From positions 1 through 24,933 of the IMG/VR virus record IMGVR_UViG_3300021373_000405: 24,933 nt of DNA; one strand, written 5' to 3'. Below the pieces are notes generated by a model. It was not told the origin of the DNA, did no database searches, and worked only from the letters and a program-made list of their open reading frames with translations. A program made the position numbers and the translations under genes. This DNA comes from a virus (taxonomy: Duplodnaviria > Caudoviricetes). Of the stretch, positions 1 through 8,308 are shown one piece after another. Numbering within the stretch: position 1 is the stretch's first letter; each line of letters starts with the position of its first letter.

Positions 1-1867
1 TTTGTCCGCATGCGTACGCGCACGTAACATGGAGTACGACCCTACTAAGATGGCTGAAATCCGTGAAAATGGCGGGTCAGAAATCTTTATGGGTATCGTA
101 AGCACGAAATGTCGTACTGCTACGGCATGGTTACGTGACACACTTCTAGGTACAGGTGCTGATAAGCCTTGGTCTATTGGTGCTACGCCTATCCCTGAAG
201 TTCCGCCAGAAGTTGCGAGCAACCTCAAAAGAATTATGGAGATGAACCTACAGCAGTACTACGCTGCGGGTAACGCTCCACTTGCTACCGACGAACTCCA
301 AGAACTCGCTAAAGGTATGAAAGATACCGCTACTCGTGCGTTGAAGCACGAAGCTGAGAAACGTGTAGAACGTATGGAGTTGAAGATGGAAGACCAACTT
401 GCCGAAGGCGGGTGGGTTAAAGCACTCTACGAATTTACGAACGATCTAGCGACATTCCCGTTCGCTGTCTTAAAAGGTCCAATCCCTCGCAAGCGTAAGA
501 CTATGAAGTACGTTCAGGGCGGTCTAGCCGCTGTAGACGTACTACGTGACGAGTGGGAGAGAGTAGACCCTTATAAGTTCTATTATGCACCTTGGGGCGA
601 TGATATTCAGAACATGCCCGTTATGGAGCTACACCACCTAACCCGCGACGACGTTGAGGCTATGCTAGGTGTAGACGGATACGACGAGGACGCTGTTAGA
701 ACGCTTCTAGCTGACTTTGGCTCTGTAGGCCTTGATTGGATAGACCAAGACGGCAGCGACATGGAAGACGTCACTGATAAAGATTTTGACGATGCAGATG
801 GCGATGTCATTGCAGCGTTACAGCTTTGGGACTCAATACCCGGAAAAATCCTAATGGAATGGGGTATGGACGAGTCTGAAGTAGATGACCCGCACAAATC
901 ATATCCTTGTGAAGTGTGGATGGTTAACAACACTATCATCAAAGCTGTTTTGAATTACGACCCTATTGGACGTAAACCGTACTACCTCACTTCTTTCGAG
1001 AAAGTCCCCGGACGTATCGACGGGAATGGGGTAGCCGATCTTTGTATGGATGCCCAAAACATGTGTAACGCCGCTGCAAGAGCATTGGCTAACAACATGG
1101 GCATCTCTTCTGGGCCTCAGGTAGGGGTGAATGTAAGCCGCTTACCAGCGGGTGAAGACATTACCCAGATGCACCCATGGAAGATTTGGCAGTTTAAATC
1201 ATCAGAATACGGTGATGCTTCGGCTCCTATGCAGTTTTTCCAACCTAACTCTAACGCAGGCGAGCTTATGTCCGTGTTTGAGAAGTTTATGGAACTAGCA
1301 GACGAGGTATCAGGTATACCACGCTATATGACAGGGCAGCATGTACCGGGCGCAGGACGTACGTCTTCGGGCCTATCCATGCTTATTTCTAACGCAGGCA
1401 AGAGCATTAAACAGGTTATCGGTAACGTTGACCATGATGTACTTACCCCGATGCTCGAGCGCCAGTACCAGCGTAACCTTCGGTACTCGGATGATCCGGA
1501 TTTAATTGGTGATGTTCAAATTATTGCACGAGGCGCGATGTCGCTGGTCGTCAAAGAAGCAGAAGCTGTACGTAAAAATGAGTTCCTCCGTCTCGTATTG
1601 GAGAGCCCGGTTGCTCAGCAAATTGTTGGCCCTGAGGGCACGGCTGAACTCATGCGGGATTTGGCGTCCAATCTCAACACTAATGTTGATCGCCTTGTAC
1701 CGTCTCGAGAAGACCTTGAGAGAAAACAAGCCGAACAAGCAGCGCAACAACAAGCAATGATGCAGATGCAAGCTCAAGCTGAGCAGGCTGCAAACTTGCA
1801 AGAAGACGGAACCCCGATGGGTGGTAGGCAAGATAATACAATGAGTCCGCGCCCGAACGGACGTTAA
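1..1867 (+). CDS. Phage portal protein (5'-truncated by window edge)
   Basis: Frame open from the window start for >620 aa, directly upstream of the small head protein, scaffold and capsid genes. Has podovirus portal-like segments (WERVDPYKFY; KPYYLTSFEKVPGRIDGNGVADL..DAQ..NAAARALANN..ISSGPQ; ADEVSGIPRY..GQ....GRTSSG) and a Q/A/M-rich C-terminal tail. Confidence 0.88.
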   Translation, partial: LSACVRARNMEYDPTKMAEIRENGGSEIFMGIVSTKCRTATAWLRDTLLGTGADKPWSIGATPIPEVPPEVASNLKRIMEMNLQQYYAAGNAPLATDELQELAKGMKDTATRALKHEAEKRVERMELKMEDQLAEGGWVKALYEFTNDLATFPFAVLKGPIPRKRKTMKYVQGGLAAVDVLRDEWERVDPYKFYYAPWGDDIQNMPVMELHHLTRDDVEAMLGVDGYDEDAVRTLLADFGSVGLDWIDQDGSDMEDVTDKDFDDADGDVIAALQLWDSIPGKILMEWGMDESEVDDPHKSYPCEVWMVNNTIIKAVLNYDPIGRKPYYLTSFEKVPGRIDGNGVADLCMDAQNMCNAAARALANNMGISSGPQVGVNVSRLPAGEDITQMHPWKIWQFKSSEYGDASAPMQFFQPNSNAGELMSVFEKFMELADEVSGIPRYMTGQHVPGAGRTSSGLSMLISNAGKSIKQVIGNVDHDVLTPMLERQYQRNLRYSDDPDLIGDVQIIARGAMSLVVKEAEAVRKNEFLRLVLESPVAQQIVGPEGTAELMRDLASNLNTNVDRLVPSREDLERKQAEQAAQQQAMMQMQAQAEQAANLQEDGTPMGGRQDNTMSPRPNGR

Positions 1868-1877
1868 TGTGTGTATT

Positions 1878-1896
1878 TGTTGACACGTTAACACAT
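1878..1896. promoter_or_regulatory. Putative operator, copy 1 (TGTTGAC-AC-GTTAACACAT)
   Basis: Imperfect 7-2-7 palindrome overlapping the -35 box. Shares the 10-mer GTTARCACAT with sites at 3233-3251 and 20041-20059. Confidence 0.45.
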
Positions 1897-1908
1897 ATAA
1901 TATATTTT
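1880..1908 (+). promoter_or_regulatory. Sigma70-type promoter (TTGACA-17 nt-TATTTT)
   Basis: Perfect -35 TTGACA at 1880-1885, 17-nt spacer and TAnnnT -10 at 1903-1908, in an AT-rich gap between the portal stop and ATG 1915. Confidence 0.6.
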
Positions 1909-1914
1909 TGAGTT

Positions 1915-2175
1915 ATGATTGATCTTAATACTGTTGATATTCAAGTGGTTAACGCTCTGGTAAGAACCAGAGAGCCCGGTAATGAGGCACTAATAAGATT
2001 ATTCTCGGCAGAACTAGAATCTGCCAAGCAGAAACTCATCCACGCGACCGACATGGCTACAGTCCACCGGCTGCAAGGAAGAGCAGAAGCATTTTACGAT
2101 TTACTGGAGGCGGTCAATGACGCGCCAAAAGTAGAAAACCGCGCATACGCGCACAATACGAGAAGCACACCATAA
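1915..2175 (+). CDS. Small helical head-associated protein between portal and scaffold
   Basis: 86-aa ORF with the HRLQGRAEAF motif typical of small proteins at this position in podovirus head modules. Confidence 0.75.
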   Translation: MIDLNTVDIQVVNALVRTREPGNEALIRLFSAELESAKQKLIHATDMATVHRLQGRAEAFYDLLEAVNDAPKVENRAYAHNTRSTP

Positions 2176-2233
2176 CGGGAATAGCATACCCAAGGGACGC
2201 TAGGAACAGAGTTGGTGCTTTAAGGAGCAAAAT

Positions 2234-3232
2234 ATGGCATTGCCAAAACAGGTGCAAGCTCAGCTTGCAGAAGTGGAAGAACTAGAGAAAACGCTAACAG
2301 CCCAAAAGGAAGAGCCAAAGAAAAAGAAGGCAAAGAAGAAAGAGCCTGAAGTTTCAGAGGAAGCCCCTAAGGATACCGAAGCAGAAGTACCAGTCGAAGC
2401 GGAAGCAGCAGTTACGCCTATTGAAGTAAAGCCAGCTGACACGTCGCCGACGGACGTAGCGGACGAATTTGAGCAAAAGTACAAGACCTTACGAGGTAAG
2501 TACGACGCTGAGGTACCACGCTTGCATACGCAAGTTAAGGACCTAACGACTAAGCTAGACGAACTCACTGCGAGTTTAGAAGCAAAGTCCAAGGAGCCGA
2601 CAAAGCCGAAGGAGAAAGTCAGTTATGTAACCGAAGAAGATCGAGCCGAATTTGGTGACGAGCTGATAGATGTTCAACGTCGTGTTGCTAAAGAGGTTTC
2701 TCAGGATTACGAGGAACGTTTTGACAAGCAGCAAGAGATTATCGAGAGCCTTCAAAAACAACTGAAGGATACTGGTAGTCAGGTTGGAGAGATGAGTTTT
2801 TCTCAGAGACTAGCACAATTAGTCCCTGACTTTAACCAGATCGACAACGACGAACGTTGGGTTGCGTGGTTAAACGAGCATGATCCTATGCTACGAGGAC
2901 CTCGCAGAGAACAAGCCGCAGCAGCTTTTAGCGCGGGCGATGCAGAAGCAGTTAAACATTATGTTGATCTGTTCAAGCAAACCCTAGCTCCAGTTGCAGA
3001 CGAGCGTCAGACTCGCCAAACCGAACTCGAGAAACAGGTTACGCCAAATCGTTCAGGTAATTCCGCGAGTACTAAAAGCGCGGGGAAAGAGGCTAAGGTT
3101 TACACCGAAAGAGAAATCGAAGCCGCTTGGAACCGAATACGCAGTTATAACACGCGTGGAAAGTACGATGAGGCCAATAAACTTGAAGCGGATATAACTG
3201 CTGCATACCTCCAAGGCCGCGTGCGAGCGTAA
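2234..3232 (+). CDS. Capsid scaffolding protein
   Basis: SD TAAGGAG 2221-2227. Charged, coiled-coil-rich 332 aa with EQKYKTLRGKY and C-terminal AAYLQGRV, immediately upstream of the capsid gene. Confidence 0.82.
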   Translation: MALPKQVQAQLAEVEELEKTLTAQKEEPKKKKAKKKEPEVSEEAPKDTEAEVPVEAEAAVTPIEVKPADTSPTDVADEFEQKYKTLRGKYDAEVPRLHTQVKDLTTKLDELTASLEAKSKEPTKPKEKVSYVTEEDRAEFGDELIDVQRRVAKEVSQDYEERFDKQQEIIESLQKQLKDTGSQVGEMSFSQRLAQLVPDFNQIDNDERWVAWLNEHDPMLRGPRREQAAAAFSAGDAEAVKHYVDLFKQTLAPVADERQTRQTELEKQVTPNRSGNSASTKSAGKEAKVYTEREIEAAWNRIRSYNTRGKYDEANKLEADITAAYLQGRVRA

Positions 3233-3251
3233 ATGTGCTAACGAGTAAGCA
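3233..3251. promoter_or_regulatory. Putative operator, copy 2 (ATGTGCTAAC-GA-GTAAGCA)
   Basis: Imperfect 7-2-7 palindrome in the scaffold-capsid gap; 3233-3242 is the reverse complement of GTTAGCACAT. Confidence 0.45.
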
Positions 3252-3295
3252 GCTGTTGTTGACCAACTTAACTTAGACAAATTAGGAGGCCTATC

Positions 3296-4306
3296 ATGGC
3301 TGCTGTTTTTCCCGTCGTCGGCTCTGGCGACTTTGACACCAACCCGTCTTACTCGGGTGGTTTTATTCCACAACTGTGGAGCAACAAATTAAACGCGAAG
3401 TTTTATGCTAACACCATGATGACTGAGATCGCCAACACTGATTGGGAAGGCGAAATCAAAAACCAAGGTGATACAATTCGCATCCGTACTGCACCTTCAA
3501 TCACTATCAACGATTATGCTGGCGCTGGTACCACTCTTACTTCTGAAGTTCCTGCACCTGTCTTCTTAGACATGCAGATCAACAAAGGTAAGTATTTCAG
3601 CGTTCAAGTAAACGACGTACTTGCTCACCAAGCGGACATGGACCTAATGAACATGTTCACTGATGATGCTGCTAAGCAGTTGAAAATTAACATCGAAAAC
3701 GAATGTTTCTTCAACTGGTTCGTAACTGAAGGCCCAAATAGTGCTAACGAAGGCGCTACTGCTGGTGCATTGTCTTCTGAGTACAACTTAGGTACAGCCG
3801 CTGCTCCTATCGACCAAGCTACTCCTAAGAACATCTTAGAAACTATTCTTCGTATGTCTGCTGCTCTTGATGAGCAGAACGTACCTGAAGAAGGCCGTTG
3901 GTTGATCCTATCGCCTTTCGAGCGTCAGTTGTTAATGCAAACTGATATTGCTCAAGCGTACTTCACTGGCGATGCGTCATCTACTATCCGTACTGGTAAG
4001 ATCGGTATGCTAGACCGTTTCACGGTTTACGTATCTAACCTTCTACCAAAGTGCGAAGCTGGTAAAGCGTTTGTTCCGGGTCTGGCTGCAACCTCTTCAG
4101 GTGGAACTGCCGCTGGCAACAAAACAAGCCGTCTAATGGTAGCTGGTACTAAAGCATCTTGTGCGTTTGCTTCGCAAATCAGCAAGACTGAGCCTCTGCG
4201 CAACCAAACTGACTTCGGCGATATCGTTCGCGGCCTAGCCGTTTACGGTCGTAAAGTAATCAAGCCTGAAGCGCTTGTTACTGCCGTTGTTGGCGCGACG
4301 TCTTAA
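3296..4306 (+). CDS. Major capsid protein (HK97 fold)
   Basis: SD AGGAGG, 336 aa. Motifs FIPQLWS..L..KFY, NTDWEGEIKNQGDTIRI, LDEQNVPEEGRW, G.IG.LDRF.VY.SN.LP and FGDIVRGLAVYGRKVIKPEAL match podovirus coat proteins. Ends in a double stop TAATAG. Confidence 0.92.
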   Translation: MAAVFPVVGSGDFDTNPSYSGGFIPQLWSNKLNAKFYANTMMTEIANTDWEGEIKNQGDTIRIRTAPSITINDYAGAGTTLTSEVPAPVFLDMQINKGKYFSVQVNDVLAHQADMDLMNMFTDDAAKQLKINIENECFFNWFVTEGPNSANEGATAGALSSEYNLGTAAAPIDQATPKNILETILRMSAALDEQNVPEEGRWLILSPFERQLLMQTDIAQAYFTGDASSTIRTGKIGMLDRFTVYVSNLLPKCEAGKAFVPGLAATSSGGTAAGNKTSRLMVAGTKASCAFASQISKTEPLRNQTDFGDIVRGLAVYGRKVIKPEALVTAVVGATS

Positions 4307-4315
4307 TAGCCTGTT

Positions 4316-4343
4316 AGGGGGGTTCTGCCCCCCTTCCTACTTT
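4316..4343 (+). terminator. GC-rich hairpin after capsid gene (weak terminator or mRNA 3' stabiliser)
   Basis: AGGGGGG(4316-4322)-TTCTG-CCCCCCT(4328-4334), followed by an interrupted U-tract TCCTACTTT. Confidence 0.55.
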
Positions 4344-4353
4344 GGAGGTTATT

Positions 4354-4587
4354 ATGAACGTCGAAGAGTTGATTAAAGCCGTTAAAGCCGAACTACTGCC
4401 TAATAAAGCAGTTGCTAAGGTTGACGGAGTACGCGTGGTTGTAGCCAGAGTAATCGGCGACGGATGGGTTCTTACTGCTGAAGGTGAAGAATTGGCTAAA
4501 GCTGTTAAGCCTGCGCCTAAACCTAAAGCTAAAACTACAAAGTCAAAGACAACTAAAGCTGCCGCTGCACCCAAATCTAGTAAATAG
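4354..4587 (+). CDS. Small hypothetical protein with K/A/T-rich C-terminal tail
   Basis: SD GGAGG 4344-4348 favours ATG 4354 over TTG 4342; 77 aa ending KPAPKPKAKTTKSKTTKAAAAPKSSK. Confidence 0.75.
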   Translation: MNVEELIKAVKAELLPNKAVAKVDGVRVVVARVIGDGWVLTAEGEELAKAVKPAPKPKAKTTKSKTTKAAAAPKSSK

Positions 4588-4597
4588 GGGGTAACGG

Positions 4598-5287
4598 ATG
4601 TCTACAGTAAAAGTTACTGACATTATCCGACGAGTTGAGGACGTCCTACAGGACACCAACATTCGTTGGCCGCGCACGGAGTTGCAGAACTGGATGAACG
4701 AGTCTTATCTCGCCATCACACTTGCACGTCCTGACGCAAACGCAAAAACAGGGTCATTTACTTGCGTGGCAGGTACAAGGCAGGTTCTGACGGCAGAGTT
4801 CCCTTCGGGGTTACGATTGCTTGATGTAACCAGAAACCTTGCTTCAGACTCAGGTTACAAGGTGATACGCCTTGTGGCACGGAGTGTGTTGGACGACCAA
4901 CGCCCTGCATGGCACGCTGAAACTGGTACTACATCTATCCAGCACTACACGTTTGATCCGCGCCAACCCAAAGAGTTTTTCGTTTACCCACCGGCTACTA
5001 CTTCTGCTGAAGTTGAAGTCGTGTACACGGATTCTCCGGGGGCACACTCTCAAACCGAGTCACAACTTGATCCTGCTGGTACCGACAGCACTACGATCCT
5101 ACTGGACGACATCTACATGTCCCCAATGATCGACTGGATTCTGTACAGAGCGTACTCGAAGGATGCTGAGTATGGTGCTAATGAGCAACGCGCTCAGGCA
5201 GCTTACAACGCATTTAACTCCGCGCTGAACATGAAAAACCAAGTGGATGCTGCGGTTTCTCCGAACAATCTGAGCAAGGTGACTTAA
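4598..5287 (+). CDS. Head-tail adaptor-like virion protein (DUF6682-like)
   Basis: IIRRVEDVLQD..IRWPRTELQNWMNE, GTRQ.L, FFVYPP and W.LYRAYSKDAEY motifs; located just after the capsid gene. Confidence 0.75.
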   Translation: MSTVKVTDIIRRVEDVLQDTNIRWPRTELQNWMNESYLAITLARPDANAKTGSFTCVAGTRQVLTAEFPSGLRLLDVTRNLASDSGYKVIRLVARSVLDDQRPAWHAETGTTSIQHYTFDPRQPKEFFVYPPATTSAEVEVVYTDSPGAHSQTESQLDPAGTDSTTILLDDIYMSPMIDWILYRAYSKDAEYGANEQRAQAAYNAFNSALNMKNQVDAAVSPNNLSKVT

Positions 5288-5288
5288 T

Positions 5289-5924
5289 ATGGCTGTAAAG
5301 TGGGCTAGTTTTCTTCCGTACATACAGCCCATTTTGCCGGGCTGTCCGGAAATTATCATCGAGTCGCATCTGCAAGAAGCAGCCGCAGAGTTTTGCGCAC
5401 TCAGTCAAATATGGCGGTATGACATAGACAAAGACTTCACCAGCAAAAATACTGCTGAGTATGAGGTTGAAGTCCCTGCAAAGTCAGTACTAGAGGACAT
5501 TTTAGTTCTTTACGTTGACGGGCAGCCGATTAAGCGGGTGTCAGACCGTCATTTTGATCTTCCTAAAACATCAAAAGGGCGTCCCTCCTGTTACACTATC
5601 TATCAGGATACGCAGATACGGTTTTACCCAGTCCCGGACGCTAAGTATACGTTCGAGGGTATTGGAGCTATTAAACCGTCTTTAAGCGCGGATGGGGTCG
5701 AAGACTTTATCTTCGAGACTCACGGTCGTTCTATTGCTTGTGGAGCAATTGCTAAGTTGGCGATTATACCCGGTAAAGAATGGACTAACCCTGATCTTGC
5801 CGCTTACTACAAATCAGAATTTTACAAACACACTACAGATGCGAAACGCCGAGATAGTCGTCGTGCTGGACTTCGCACCAAGTTGGTTGGGTTTGATAAA
5901 GCCACCGCGAGTAGGGGGATTTAA
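5289..5924 (+). CDS. Second adaptor-like virion protein
   Basis: PGCPE....HL.EAA.EFC...IWR, IRFYPVPD and IACGA..KL..IPGKEWTNP motifs; coupled to both neighbouring genes. Confidence 0.7.
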   Translation: MAVKWASFLPYIQPILPGCPEIIIESHLQEAAAEFCALSQIWRYDIDKDFTSKNTAEYEVEVPAKSVLEDILVLYVDGQPIKRVSDRHFDLPKTSKGRPSCYTIYQDTQIRFYPVPDAKYTFEGIGAIKPSLSADGVEDFIFETHGRSIACGAIAKLAIIPGKEWTNPDLAAYYKSEFYKHTTDAKRRDSRRAGLRTKLVGFDKATASRGI

Positions 5925-6259
5925 TGGCTCAGGTATTCAAATATGTGCAAGGTGACACCGGCCCACAAATCCGAGTGACCCTTACAAACGACGATGACGG
6001 TACTCCTGTAAATTTAACAGACGCTACCGTGACTCTCCATTTCAGAGAGGCAGGCGCTGAGACCGTTCTGTTTTCTCGTAACTTTTTTATTAACCCAGAT
6101 ACCGCTTCTAGCGGTGTTGCCGTCCTACAGTGGGCCATAGGCGACTTAGAAGTAGATGCGGGAACGTACGAAGGGGAAATCGAAGTAGTACGAGACAGTG
6201 GTCTTAGAGAAACTTTATACGATAAGTTAAAGTTTAAAATCCGGGAGGATTTTGCGTGA
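5924..6259 (+). CDS. BppU_N-like small structural protein
   Basis: QGDT.P.I.VTL....G.PVNLT.ATV...W..GDL...GTYEGEIEV signature; TAATG overlap with the previous gene. Confidence 0.72.
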   Translation: MAQVFKYVQGDTGPQIRVTLTNDDDGTPVNLTDATVTLHFREAGAETVLFSRNFFINPDTASSGVAVLQWAIGDLEVDAGTYEGEIEVVRDSGLRETLYDKLKFKIREDFA

Positions 6260-7818
6260 GAGTTAAGTCCGCCGAATTCGTAAATGCGATATCTGCGACT
6301 TTTGAACCACTTACGACATCTACGCAGGCGGACACACAGGCTACGACCGGTGCAGTTTCTCACAGCCCGTTAAAAATCCAACAGACAATCTCGTCGCTTT
6401 CTGCGAAGTTTGAGCAGCTAGGTATCTGGGCGAACTCTACTATTTCTGTTGATCGGAATGTTGTAACGGCAGAACAGGGTGACTTCCTGCTGTTTGCAGC
6501 ATTCTTAGAAAATTTATACGTCGACGACGGTGTTAGGCCCTCTGAACAAATTGCTTTTGACTTTGTTAAGCCGTTTATTGACGACACCGTGGTAGCAGAG
6601 AACGTAGCTAAAGAACTTGCCAGACCACTAAACGACTATGGCTACTTTTTAGACAACCACAGAAAAGACTTTGGGAAAGCTGCATCTGAAGTTTTGGCAC
6701 TGACCGATAATTATGTTTCTTCTGTGGCAAAAGCGTTAGCGCACGAAGTTAAGATAAGCGATTTCGACGCACTTCACTTTAATTTGAGTAAGGCGCAGTC
6801 CGATACCGCGGGCGCAACTGACTTTAACACTCTACTGGTAGGCTTGAATAAATTTGACCCTGTTGAACTTACAGATGCTGTAGTTGCAGGTACTATAAAA
6901 CGCTTACAAGAAACTATCGACTTAACGGACGCCCCAGAGTTACATCTTTCTAAACCTCGCACTGACTCAGCAAGCGCAGCCGACAGCGATCCTTTATTTG
7001 CTGTAGGAAAAGGTTTGTCTGAAACAGTAGAGCCGGAAGAACTTGTACAGAAGTCTTTTGGCACAGGGTTCGCGGACACTGGCGCAGCTTCTGACCTCCC
7101 TTCTCTAGGACCCCATAAGCCCTTCAGTGAACAACCTATTGTTGCCACTGACGTTGCGACTACTAGTGCAGGCAAAGGAGTATATGAGGTTCCAACAGTT
7201 GTTGACGAAGAGGTTTTAGACTTCGCTAAAGCTCTTTTAGACAACGGTTATGTTGATGAGGCCATAGATACCTTAGCGGTAGGAAAAGCGCTCTCAGACG
7301 ATTCTACGGCGTCTGACGAGGTGTTTGCTAGAACTGTCGCCAAACACTTGGCAGACACTGCGTACTTTACAGATGATGTGGATGGTGAGGCGACTGTCGT
7401 AGACGAACAAGCGATGCAATTTGGTAAAATTCGTACCGATGTGGCATCATTCGCCGATGAAATTATTGTGCAGATAGGGTTTATACGAGACTTCGCCCAT
7501 GCTGCCAATTTGACTGACCTACCTAGTTTAGGTGTTGGGAAGTTATTTACAGATGGCGCGATACCATCTGACAGTATAAATATGGTTACAGGTAAGCAGA
7601 TTTATGATATACCTGTAGTCAGTGATAATCTGACGAAATCGGTAGCAAGAGCGATTTCTCCGGATAGCGCCCTTTTGGGAGACGCAGCCAAAGTATCGAC
7701 CGGTAAGGCGTTACTTAGTTCGGCCTCGAGCACCGACGCGGGGTTTTTGAGAAGCCAGAGTTATTCTGACTTTACTTACTTTGCGGAAGACTTTGTCGGG
7801 GCTTCCACTACGTTCTGA
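6256..7818 (+). CDS. Acidic fibre-like structural protein with ~18-aa repeats
   Basis: GTG start overlapping the upstream TGA (GTGA) with SD GGAGG; 520 aa with a recurring K/R-x3-D/E-x5-D/E pattern at 18-19 residue spacing. Confidence 0.7.
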   Translation: MRVKSAEFVNAISATFEPLTTSTQADTQATTGAVSHSPLKIQQTISSLSAKFEQLGIWANSTISVDRNVVTAEQGDFLLFAAFLENLYVDDGVRPSEQIAFDFVKPFIDDTVVAENVAKELARPLNDYGYFLDNHRKDFGKAASEVLALTDNYVSSVAKALAHEVKISDFDALHFNLSKAQSDTAGATDFNTLLVGLNKFDPVELTDAVVAGTIKRLQETIDLTDAPELHLSKPRTDSASAADSDPLFAVGKGLSETVEPEELVQKSFGTGFADTGAASDLPSLGPHKPFSEQPIVATDVATTSAGKGVYEVPTVVDEEVLDFAKALLDNGYVDEAIDTLAVGKALSDDSTASDEVFARTVAKHLADTAYFTDDVDGEATVVDEQAMQFGKIRTDVASFADEIIVQIGFIRDFAHAANLTDLPSLGVGKLFTDGAIPSDSINMVTGKQIYDIPVVSDNLTKSVARAISPDSALLGDAAKVSTGKALLSSASSTDAGFLRSQSYSDFTYFAEDFVGASTTF

Positions 7819-7829
7819 AGGAGATCGTT

Positions 7830-8288
7830 ATGATTGACGAAAACTTGAAGCTCTCCGGCCAGCTTAACATAGTCCTGAAGGACAAGGCCGGAAAAATAAA
7901 AGACGAGCGCACAGTTAAAAACTTAATTGTGAACGACGGCTTAGCATACATTGCCTCGCGCATGACAGGTACTACTAAAGCCGTAATGTCACACATGGCA
8001 CTAGGTTCTAGTACAACTGCTCCGGGTTCGGGCCAGTCGGATTTGATTTCAATCTTAGGAAGCCGCGAGCCATTAGATTCAACGGCTATCGAAGGTGATA
8101 ACGACGAAAAAGTTAAATACGTTTGTTCGTTTGAAGCTGGAGACGCAACAGGTGCTGTTACTGAAGCAGGTATTTTCAATGCCGCTTCTGCTGGCGATAT
8201 GCTTTGCCGCACTAAGTTCAGCGTTGTTAACAAAGCAGCAGAAGATACTATGTCCGTCACTTGGACTATCACTCTGTCTGCCACTTAA
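7830..8288 (+). CDS. Tail-collar/fibre N-terminal-like small structural protein
   Basis: SD AAGGAG; NLIVNDGL, HMALGS, TEAGIFNA..GDM and VTWTIT motifs resemble the N-terminal attachment domain of P2 gpH-type fibres. Confidence 0.65.
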   Translation: MIDENLKLSGQLNIVLKDKAGKIKDERTVKNLIVNDGLAYIASRMTGTTKAVMSHMALGSSTTAPGSGQSDLISILGSREPLDSTAIEGDNDEKVKYVCSFEAGDATGAVTEAGIFNAASAGDMLCRTKFSVVNKAAEDTMSVTWTITLSAT

Positions 8289-8308
8289 TACAGTTAGGGG
8301 TGTGATTC

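Noticed and set aside
1896-1901. Perfect TATAAT near TTGACA
   Set aside because: Only 10 nt from the -35 box; TATTTT at 17-nt spacing is the geometrically valid -10.
4298-4353. T7-like capsid frameshift or read-through into the next ORF
   Set aside because: Double stop TAATAG, no slippery heptamer seen before it, and the next gene has its own SD.
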